Assembly (NCBI GenBank): GCA_043228905.1
Contig: JBHGNT010000071.1
Span: 1-64,000 of the forward strand
From: Azolla caroliniana
Taxonomy: Eukaryota; Plantae; Polypodiophyta
Direction: 5' to 3'
DNA length: 64,000 bases
The translations under genes were made by a program, and so were the position numbers. Shown in pieces: positions 55,043-64,000 of this stretch; position 1 is the stretch's first letter, and every line of letters begins with the position of its first letter. The notes beneath the pieces are model-generated. The model was not told where the DNA came from, did not search any database, and was given only the letters and a program-made list of their open reading frames with translations.

Positions 55043-58000
55043 ATGGAGTGTAATAGAGAAGAAGCTCTTCGAGCAAAAGAGATAGCAGAGAAGAAATTAT
55101 CCTTACAAGATTACAGTGGAGCTCTCAAATTGCTTCAAAAAGCCATACAAATCTATCCCGGTCTTGAAAACACAGCCCAAATGTCAGCTGTTTTGGATGT
55201 CCATATTGCAGCTCAAACCAAGATCAACGGGTGTGAAACTGATTGGTATGGAATCTTACAGGTTGGGGATACTCGTGCTGAAGAGATAATGATAAAGAAA
55301 CAGTATAAGAAACTCGCCTTGCTTCTTCACCCTGACAAAAATAAACTTCCTGGGGCAGAAGCTGCCTTTAAGCTCATTGGGGAAGCTCTACAAATACTCT
55401 CAGATAAGCAACAGCGAGCTATACATGATTCTAGAAGAAAGCAAATGGTAAGTAAAAGCACCGTGAATAGAAGCCAAAATAGAGGTCAAACTACTAATAA
55501 GGCAAAAAACCCCTCCGCGGCTTCAGTTTCAGCTTCTCTCACATTCATGACTATTTGTCCTGCTTGCCACACTCGATATCAATATTACCGAGTTTACGAG
55601 AATCAAAACCTTCTATGTCATCAATGCCGAACCCCTTTTGTGGCTAGAGAGTTTTACTCTGGGCCAAACATCAACAATGCATTTCCATGGCAACAACAAT
55701 TCACGCAACAGCAGCAACAACAAAGGTTTAATGGATCCACTCCAAGTGTATCAAGTACGACTGTTGACTATGTCACTCAGATGATGAAAGAACGGCAATA
55801 TATGGATGCAAACCTAAGTGTTAAAAGGAAGCGGGAGGATGAAGAGAGAGAGATGAGGAGAATCGAGAAAGAACGACAAAAAAAAGCTAAGGCAGATCAA
55901 AAGGCCCAAGAAGCTATAGAAAGGATGATGAGGAAGAAAAGAGAGCAAGAAGAGAAGGCTGCAGCGGCTAAAGATAAGAAAAAAAGGAAAAGAAAACGTG
56001 TATCGGGGAGCAGTAGTGAAGAAGATGATGTAACTGAAGAGTCTTTAGATGGTCTATCTGATGAAGAAGTAATCAATCACGTGGTTGATTCAGGAGCTGC
56101 ACCGAGAAGATCAGCTAGGCCTCGAAGAAATGTTACATACAAAATTGATGTTAGTGATGATGATGAAGATCCTTCTGCCAATGCTAAAGAAGAGATTAAA
56201 CAAAATGAAGGAGAGAAGAAGAATGAAGATGATGCTCAAACTGGGGATTCAGTTGATATGCAAGAGAAACAGAAGCTTGCTGATTTTTTCAAGGTCCGCA
56301 TAAGATTGAGTCTCAACCTACAAAATGCAAATAATGCTAATGCTACTGCTAACGTTAGCGCAAATGTGAATGGGAGAGCAACAAGCTCAAGTGTGGATAC
56401 CAAAGTATCTGAATCTGCTGATGGTGTTAAGGAGAGCGGAAAAGTTTCCTCAGAGGATTATTCAGCACTTTTAGGGAAGGATAAGGATTCTGTAACGGTC
56501 AAGAATGCATGGAATGAAAAGTCAAAATCTCTGTTAGAGGATCACTCTGCTTTCCAAGAAAAGGATAATGATATGCTAAGGGGGAAGAATGTTTTGAAGG
56601 AGAAGTCTAAATCTCCTTCTGACAATTACAGAGTTTTTGAAGAAAAAGATAAGGATTTGATAAGGGCAGAAAATATACTAAAGGTGAAGTCTAAATCTCT
56701 TTCAGAAGAACACTCTGCTTTTGAAGAAAAGGATTTGGGAAATTTGAAGTTGAAGTCTAAATCTCCTTCAAAGGACTGTTCTCCTTTGGAAGAAAATGAT
56801 TCGGGAAGGGAGAAGCTGAAGTCTAAATTTCCTTCAACGGATTACTCTGCTTTTGAAGAAAAGGATAAGGATTTAGGAACGGAAAAGAGTGGTATGAGGT
56901 TGAAGCCTTTTGAAGGAAAAGAAAGAACTTCTATGAACTTGAAGTCAAAATCCCCTTCAAAAGATTATTTTTCTTTTGAAGAAAAGGATTCTGGATGTGG
57001 GAAGAATCCTGTCAAACTGAGGTCTAAATCTTCTTCAAAGGGGTACTCTGCATTTGAAACAGAAGATTCAGGAGGGGGGAGTTTGAAGTCTAAATCTCCT
57101 TCAAATGATCACTCTCCTATTGAAGAAAGAGATTACAGAATGGAGAAGAATACGAAGAAGTTAAAATCTAAATCTCCCTTAAAGGATTGTTCTTCTTTTG
57201 AAGAAACTGATTCAGGAATGAGGAAGAGTACTGTTACATTAAAGTCTAAATCTTCCCCTGAAGAAAAAGATTATGGAAAGGGGAAGAATGTTGTGAAGGA
57301 ACAGACTAATTGTCTTTCAAAGGATCATTCTCCTTATGAAGAAGAGGAATATGGAAAAGGGAAGAATTCAACGAAGGATAACTCAAAATCTCATTCAGAA
57401 GATTACTTTGCCCTTGAAAAGGATCCAGAAAGGTGGAAGAAAAATCAGTCAAAGCCGAAATTCCAGGAAAAATCAAACAAAGTTGAAATTTTGGATGTGG
57501 AAAGTGATGAACCAGAAGAAAAAGAGTCAGAACAAGAAACAGACCAAGAGTCTGAAACAGAATATGAAATTGAGGAGTCCAAGAAGAAGACATTCCACGA
57601 TTTCAAGAAGGAAAGAGAGGAAAAGGATGTAATGTCTGGCCAAATATGGGCAGCCTACGATGACATTGAAAGCCTACCAAGATACTATTTTAAAGTGAAA
57701 GAAATACACTCTCGGGATCCTTTTAAGGCCAACATCACATGGCTTGATCTAAGAAATATGAGTGTAGAACAAAGGGCACTGAAGGAGCGTGGTTATCATC
57801 CAGTGTGTGGAGCTAATTTTCGAGGCTCCTCTTCTCAAATTGTCAACTCAGTTGATATCTTTTCGCATGTTATTAACTGGGAGAAGGGTCCTAAAGGGAC
57901 GATTAAGATCTACCCAACAAAAGGAGAGGTTTGGGCAATATATAGGGGCCGCAAATCGGGTATTCTTTCAAAGAGAAAGTCATCATCTTTTATGTATGAT

Positions 58001-58234
58001 ATAGTAGAAATAGTGGGCAGTTATGATGAGCAAACAGGGGTGACAATTGCTTATCTAGTGAAATTGTTTCATTATAAATCTGTGTTCAAGTCCTCCAAAG
58101 TCATATCTAGTATACCGGCAGAGGAGTTTTACAGTTTTTCTTACCAAGTTCCGGCACATAGGCTGAAAGGAAACGAAGCCCCAGGTATCGAGGAGGGGTT
58201 TTGGGAGCTCGATCCGGCTTCACTTCCGAGATAA
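55043..58234 (+). CDS. Class C J-domain protein: DnaJ + CxxC zinc ribbon + internal repeats + DUF3444, intronless CDS, 1063 aa
   Basis: MECNREEALRAKEIAEKK start, DWYGILQV...YKKLALLLHPDKN (HPD motif), TICPAC...NLLCHQC, and C-terminal GQIWAAYDDIESLPRYY...IYPTKGEVWAIY...FSYQVP...WELDPASLP. A 5'UTR intron is likely at 54372-54563. Confidence 0.95.
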   Translation: MECNREEALRAKEIAEKKLSLQDYSGALKLLQKAIQIYPGLENTAQMSAVLDVHIAAQTKINGCETDWYGILQVGDTRAEEIMIKKQYKKLALLLHPDKNKLPGAEAAFKLIGEALQILSDKQQRAIHDSRRKQMVSKSTVNRSQNRGQTTNKAKNPSAASVSASLTFMTICPACHTRYQYYRVYENQNLLCHQCRTPFVAREFYSGPNINNAFPWQQQFTQQQQQQRFNGSTPSVSSTTVDYVTQMMKERQYMDANLSVKRKREDEEREMRRIEKERQKKAKADQKAQEAIERMMRKKREQEEKAAAAKDKKKRKRKRVSGSSSEEDDVTEESLDGLSDEEVINHVVDSGAAPRRSARPRRNVTYKIDVSDDDEDPSANAKEEIKQNEGEKKNEDDAQTGDSVDMQEKQKLADFFKVRIRLSLNLQNANNANATANVSANVNGRATSSSVDTKVSESADGVKESGKVSSEDYSALLGKDKDSVTVKNAWNEKSKSLLEDHSAFQEKDNDMLRGKNVLKEKSKSPSDNYRVFEEKDKDLIRAENILKVKSKSLSEEHSAFEEKDLGNLKLKSKSPSKDCSPLEENDSGREKLKSKFPSTDYSAFEEKDKDLGTEKSGMRLKPFEGKERTSMNLKSKSPSKDYFSFEEKDSGCGKNPVKLRSKSSSKGYSAFETEDSGGGSLKSKSPSNDHSPIEERDYRMEKNTKKLKSKSPLKDCSSFEETDSGMRKSTVTLKSKSSPEEKDYGKGKNVVKEQTNCLSKDHSPYEEEEYGKGKNSTKDNSKSHSEDYFALEKDPERWKKNQSKPKFQEKSNKVEILDVESDEPEEKESEQETDQESETEYEIEESKKKTFHDFKKEREEKDVMSGQIWAAYDDIESLPRYYFKVKEIHSRDPFKANITWLDLRNMSVEQRALKERGYHPVCGANFRGSSSQIVNSVDIFSHVINWEKGPKGTIKIYPTKGEVWAIYRGRKSGILSKRKSSSFMYDIVEIVGSYDEQTGVTIAYLVKLFHYKSVFKSSKVISSIPAEEFYSFSYQVPAHRLKGNEAPGIEEGFWELDPASLPR

Positions 58235-59199
58235 AGAGTTCTTTTATTTTCCTCACAATTCAGATGTAAAATCAAAGAGATGTAATCCATCCACATAATG
58301 GGTTGGTTAGAATCTTCAATGTATATTAGTGTTTTGGGCTAAAACAAAACAGTTTTTTTATGTAAATATGCACTTCGGGAAGGTGAGATTGAGGCTGACA
58401 TTCATTGATTAACTGTTGCCTGCAATAGAGGTCAATCTTGAGTGCATATGGAAAAACAAAAAAACACATTGATATGGGAGCCCATGATATTATTGATTCT
58501 GCTTTCAATATGAGGTGTGCAAAAATATCCATGTTGAGGTTACAAACTCTTTGAAAGAAGGATCTTTCTTGTGGTGTAAAAATCGAGTTTTTATGGTCTT
58601 TCTTGTGGTGTAAAAATCAGTATGCTGGATTGGGCTGCATGTCTTTTAAGGAATGTGGAAATCAACTTTAGAGGTAGAAAAGATGATTGTTTCTAATGCA
58701 GTAAAGTATTGCAAAATGCTTTATTATGTAAAATATCTAATGGAATGTTAGAAACACCCGACCACACTTTTTTAACTTAAAACCTTTTAATGTTATATAT
58801 ATATCACATAGTTGAGGCTATCTTCGGTGTACAAAGATAATGAGGTCACATCATTTTATGTTTGGTATATATATTTTCATAGTAACCATTTTGTTTATTG
58901 GAAATGTTATAACATTGTAATTTTATAAAATTTGAGATCAGCTCAATTGGCATTGTCTGTAGTACAAACTCCTCATATATGCCATTATTAATGAGTGATT
59001 CTCTTCCAGTATAAACATTTGTAATTGAAAATAAAAGAATAATAGGTATGTCAATGTTAACCGAAATGCTTGCAATCAAGTCAACTACATATTATGTCAA
59101 ATTAAACCTAGTTAATTACATGATTAGTTAATTAATTTGAGGATGTGTAATCATACTAGAGAGCAACACTTCTATGTTCTAGCTTTGGTTCATTCCAAT

Positions 59200-59560
59200 T
59201 TTCCTTTCCACACCTTTCTAAAGATGGGCTTGTGTTACTAAATCTCATGCACTTCAACAACATGAACTGCAACAAAAACATGTGGTCCAACCAAGGAAAG
59301 AGTAAACACAATTCTTAGTTCCCATTCTAGTTAGGAAGCATCTTGAGGTCTTGAGTTTGTACATACGCTGGAAAGAATGTGTACATTACACATTAGGGCA
59401 TGGTTCCACATCAAGAAAAACATCTAGTGGTTTTAAAATTAAGTTGGACTTTCATTGAAGATTTCAGTACCTACTATTGTAGTTGTCGTCATACTTGGCA
59501 TCCAAAACTATTGTGCTCATGGAGTTTGGGAACTCAACTTAAGGAACCTTATTTCAGAAA
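59200..59560 (+). mobile_element. Possible decayed RTE-type LINE C-terminal remnant
   Basis: Fragments TILSSH, ERMCTL and EKHLV fall in the order of the RTE ORF2 tail. Heavily degraded. Confidence 0.35.
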
Positions 59561-60920
59561 TTGTGTTATTACTCAATATACATCTTAAGCATTTGTTTCC
59601 ACAACAAGAGGTATACTTGTTAGTTGTACAACTTACTGAATACAAATGGTTTAGTTTTGAACAATGAACTCGGGGATAATAAATGGAGGTCTATGATTCA
59701 TGTATGCAATGTATGTCTGATGTTAAATATTGCAAATACCTTATATTAAGTGCTAACGTAAACCACTTTCTCAACCAATAGAAGTTCGAACTAATTTGTA
59801 TTCAGTGAACTAATCTCTAATATACACATTAATGCAAACCACAAACATTCTAAATACAAGCATGATAAAGACCTTAACATACCAAAGGTGCAATATTCTA
59901 ATATCTACCAAAACCACAATGTTCAGATCCTACCTTAACCAAAACTAAAAAAACTCGTGTCCATGAAAAATACAAACTGCATTTCAAACAATGCCATATT
60001 TGACCCCATTAGCATGCATGTCTAAATTTATGCATAAAGCTAGTATGTTTAATCAGACAATATAAAATATTTGAAGTAGTCGCCATAGAGAATATTTAAC
60101 TACATACCATTCTGGAACAACCCTTCATAATTGCTTCATGGTCAAAAATCTTGCCAGTTGATGATATCAATGATTAAAAAATACAAATTATTGGAACTTA
60201 AACAAAAAGTAAATTTATAAACTATATTATGGATTCTAGATGCTTCCACGGTCATCATAAAGGGAAAATAATCAAATAATTATATAAATTTTACAGGTCA
60301 ACCGATGACAGAGAAGTCCGACTATATGTACAAAAAAGAGGAGAGGTTATTGGTCTAGACGATTGTCTTAGCCAACTTGTTCCATGACAAGCAGCAGAGT
60401 TCAGACATCTATTTCTCTTCCTCGCCCATGACAAATCCATCACAACCAAGATGTACTACTTAAATGGAATAATCAACTTCTTTTTGAAACCACAAAGAAC
60501 CAAAAATTGATGTATGATTGATCATTTATACTACAAAACATTCAAGGATGGAAGCCAGTAACAATACAACTTCATATGGAATCTTCAGGAATAAAAAACT
60601 TGATACATGTTATCCTTTATACTTCAACACATTCAAGGTTGGAAAAACATGAAAACCATACAAATTCATGGGAAGCATTTTGTTGCAATGGCATTTTCCA
60701 AATGTTTAAAATGAAGAAAACTCACAGAAATAGGCTCAAAAGGATTTTAGTTTTACAGGTTTTCCAAATAAGGATTTAGCTTTCTTAGTTTGAGAGGCTG
60801 TATTCTGAAATATATCAATCTGCAACAATTCCGAAGTCACAAAAGCCTCATTAGAAAACCAGCCTCTCATAACTTTTTTTTGTACATCATACGAGGCCAC
60901 ATCTAAGCTTTAACCTCCAC

Positions 60921-60991
60921 CTTTTGGAAATATATATGAGTTGATCTTTTGGAAATATATATGAGTTGATCTTTTGGAAACATATATGAGT
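60921..60991. repeat. Tandem repeat, 3 x 25 bp
   Basis: cttttggaaatatatatgagttgat repeated about three times. Confidence 0.9.
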
Positions 60992-61065
60992 TTATCTGTG
61001 TAGTTATGTTGGTGTACTCGTAAACCCCAGCAATAAATCACTACCAACGTTGTTGTGTTGGCACT

Positions 61066-63275
61066 TCAGCCATCTAGTTCTTTTCTTGCAAACTTGTATT
61101 CAGGATAGTAACTAGCAATGACTATATTGCCAGCAAACTTCCTCTGATGTAGAGAATTCTTAGCTTTGCTTGACCCATAAGTATTTGAATACTCAACAAA
61201 AGCCTGGCATATTAATGCAATATCAAATAACCAGAACACAAATAAGTGTTTTAATCAAAAAAATTGAGTGCAATGCCATAAAAAATACAGCCTACTTTCT
61301 TGGATATTCACCCTAATAGGCATGTGTTTCCTAAATATACCATCTCTAGTGTAAGAGGGGTATTCTAATAACTTTTGAAAATTTAGAATATTGTCATAAA
61401 CATATAACAAGGTATGTGTTTCCCCTTAACATTATTCTACGACAAAAGTACCTTCCCAAGTCCAGGAACATGCCCTCCAGTTGACAGTGGACGAGGAATA
61501 TTAAGATTGGTGACAGTTCCTTCAGAACAGATAAGATGAATTATCAGTAAACCAAAGACCAAATAATAGGAACATGAATATTCTTGTACCTAGTACTTAC
61601 CAAATTTACCGCATTCTTCTTTTATAACCTCACAAATGTCTTCATATTCTTGGTGAGGCAGTGGTAGTAAATCTTGAACACATTCTCTAACAACATAGCT
61701 TTAGGTAAAGGAACTCTTACAAAGACAAGCTTATCTATAATCTTGACATGAGATCTATATGTAGATAACAGCTTTAAAATACAGAGAAAACACACCTGAT
61801 TCAAACAGAAAACCTTCGTTGGAACTTCTGGAGCTCCATTTATCACGCCCCTCAAACCTTGGAAACCAACAAAAGAAGCTGCACCTCCAGTTTGTAAAAC
61901 CCGTTTCTGCAAGTCTTTGAGAAATTATCAGAATAATGGGCCTAAAAAATAACAGAAATAACCTTTCCTGCTTTTAGTTGCTGCTTTCCCTTTATAAAAA
62001 AATGAGAAAAAATAACCTGCATCGCTATTTGCTGCCAATCGTGGAAGAGGATGTCTGATTGATCTGTTTTTAGTTGAGCACTGGATGATTCAAATCTACA
62101 TCAACGAAAACATGAGATTCCACGATCAATGCTAGAATGGACCAAACTCATACCTTGCATTGGTACGCCTAACTGTTAGAGATTTATCTCCCATTTTCAG
62201 GCCATTTTAGGCAGTACAAGCAACATCTGTGACTGCTTTGTCCTGATGGAGCCCAAAAATGTCGGTATTTCCACACCTTTACTTTGCAAGTGAGAAGTAT
62301 CTACTTAATAGTTATGGTCACCTGATAAACACAATAACCTTTTGAGTTCCCAGTCTCCCAATCTTTAACAAGGTCAAAACCACAAAGGCCTACATGAAAA
62401 AGAAAACTTTGATATTCTTTCAGAAAATAAATTCTACCAACATTTTAAGATAAAATTGAGAAAGGTGATCAAATAAGTGAAATATACCCAAATGATTCCA
62501 GTAATCCTCTTATCTGGGCTTCAGTTAGATAATAAGGAAGTCCACCAACAAAGACTTTATCGGGTCCATCTGCACTACTAGATGTACTGCATGCACCAAA
62601 TAATTAAGCAAAAACCATGCAAGAATACAATGAATTATAATGTTCAGTCTCCTCAAAAGTTACCCAGCTGACAGCCCAACAGCAGCAAGATTATAGTCAC
62701 TTGGACCCGATGTAGCAGCAATTATAGTCACTTGGACCCGATGTGGCAGCAATTATAGTCACTTGGCCTTTGGACTCTTACCGTCTGACACTGAACCAGA
62801 AAAACAAAAATAATTCAAACAAAATAATTGAATTGGCATTCACCATTTCATTCCACTTCACGTCAATTACCTCAAATACTATGCCATCCAATGACATGGT
62901 ATTACTTGCTTCCTCTACAGTACGCATCTCCACAAATGCAAATTTCTTCTCATGGTTAATATAAACATTAACAACTGCATCACCTGGAACAATGTATTGG
63001 CAAACAAAATCAGCTATATTACAAGCACAGAAAAGTGATATTTTGCCTGTACATGGCTAGAGTAATACCTGGCCCAGCAGAATTTCGACCAATTGCAGCC
63101 ATCACTTAGCTGAAAAATGTTGCTATAGTCTACAGATGAAACAGGTAGTACACATCCCTTAAGCCTTCATGCCCCAAATAGAAATTAAGTCAAGATTAAA
63201 CACAGAGTCAAAAAAACTACCTGTTCATTGGCAAACGCAGACAAGCCTCCTACATAAACCCGTTGAGCATGCCTT
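61066..63275 (-). pseudogene. U2AF65: U2AF large subunit (U2AF65) intron-retaining pseudogene; 5' part not identified in the window
   Basis: Exons encode RVYVGGL..ANEQ, GDAVVNVYINHEKKFAFVEMRTVEEASN, GPDKVFVGGLPYY, GFDLVKD.ETGNSKGY, LKMGDKSLTVRR, PTKVFCLNQ, EECGKFG, VPGLGK-AFVEY and RKFAGN. Lesions: TAA at 63106-63108 and 62207-62209, a frameshifting 31-bp repeat at about 62686-62766, a deletion in RNP1, and an AG->AT acceptor at 61695-61696. Confidence 0.88.
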
Positions 63276-63579
63276 CAGCAGCACAGAAAGTATTGGATCT
63301 TCAACACAACTTTATTTCACAGAACATCTCTACTTGATTTTCAACAATCAATTGAGAAAGATGATTTACAACGCTACAATCTAGAAAGTGTCCTAACAAT
63401 TTTGCAATAACAAAAAGAAGAGATTTTCGGACAATATCACAAGTCCATCCTTTTCATCCCAATGTGCATGAGAACCTCAAAGGCACAAAGCCCCACCCAA
63501 AGACGAGACAGTGCAATTGCAAACTGAACTGGACAGCATATGCACAAAAGAAGCTGATACAAATCTGTAAAGAAAACCA

Positions 63580-63839
63580 CAGAAAATATGTACTAGATGT
63601 GCAAGACTTGAAGGCATCACTTTCTCTTCGTTCAATGACTGAATTGTCCAACGGCTGTTAATTTTTTCAGGCACTGCTGTTGTATTCCTATATAATAATC
63701 AGCCTACAGAAATATGTATTAGATGTGTAAGACTTGAAGGCATCACTTTCTCTTCATTTTCATTCAATGACTCAATTGTCCGATGGCTGTCAATTTTTTT
63801 CAGACACTGCTGTTGTAATCCTATATAATAATCTGCCTA
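63580..63839. repeat. Tandem duplication, 2 x ~130 bp
   Basis: agaaa(a)tatgta...gacttgaaggcatcactttctcttc...cctatataataatc(a/t)gccta repeated at about 63580 and 63707. Confidence 0.92.
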
Positions 63840-64000
63840 AACTGTTTCTGTTGTGGCGCTTCCCGGATTCTCCTTTTCTGATTCCACATTGCACATCTGT
63901 TCTGCCCTTTTCAGTTATGCCTGTTGAGCCCTTTGGATTTTTGTTGGACCCTCAGTGTCCAATCATGAACCTCCACACCCAAACCTCCAGCCCCTTATGG

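Noticed and set aside
56085-58004. Alternative-frame and antisense ORFs within the DnaJ-DUF3444 CDS
   Set aside because: Shadow ORFs of a purine-rich repetitive coding sequence.
62207-63108. U-to-C RNA editing rescuing the U2AF65 stop codons (CAA->TAA at 63106-63108)
   Set aside because: Reverse editing in ferns and hornworts is organellar. The second stop replaces a Leu codon, and the frameshift, deletion and acceptor lesions cannot be repaired by editing.

Overview
AT-rich, intron-rich land-plant nuclear DNA. The gene spacing, long (GA)n/(CA)n tracts and LINE types suggest a small-genome fern or other non-seed plant, but that is inference only. Seven protein-coding genes were reconstructed by hand from splice sites and translations: an ankyrin/Raf-like integrin-linked kinase (+), a short At4g17000-like gene with a TPX2-like N-terminal motif (+), a GT8 PGSIP7/8-like glycosyltransferase (-), a small basic conserved plant protein (-), a YjbQ/UPF0047 protein (+), a copine/BONZAI (+) and an intronless DnaJ-DUF3444 gene (+). 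There is also an intron-retaining U2AF65 pseudogene (-). Between and inside genes are LINE remnants, a probable LTR/PBS remnant, microsatellites and many short tandem duplications. The most notable observations are: (i) a ~1 kb insertion with an A-rich tail and a perfect 14-bp target-site duplication that carries a spliced, internally deleted MAP kinase fragment; (ii) an ILK with HRD->HRE and DFG->DFY in an otherwise intact gene (candidate pseudokinase); (iii) recurrent tandem duplications of exon/intron or start-codon junctions that leave pseudo-exons and uORFs in four genes; (iv) a ~13-copy KSKSPSxDxSxFEEKD repeat in the DnaJ-DUF3444 protein. No RNA genes or CRISPR arrays were found. Most short ORFs in the supplied track are spurious or single exons.
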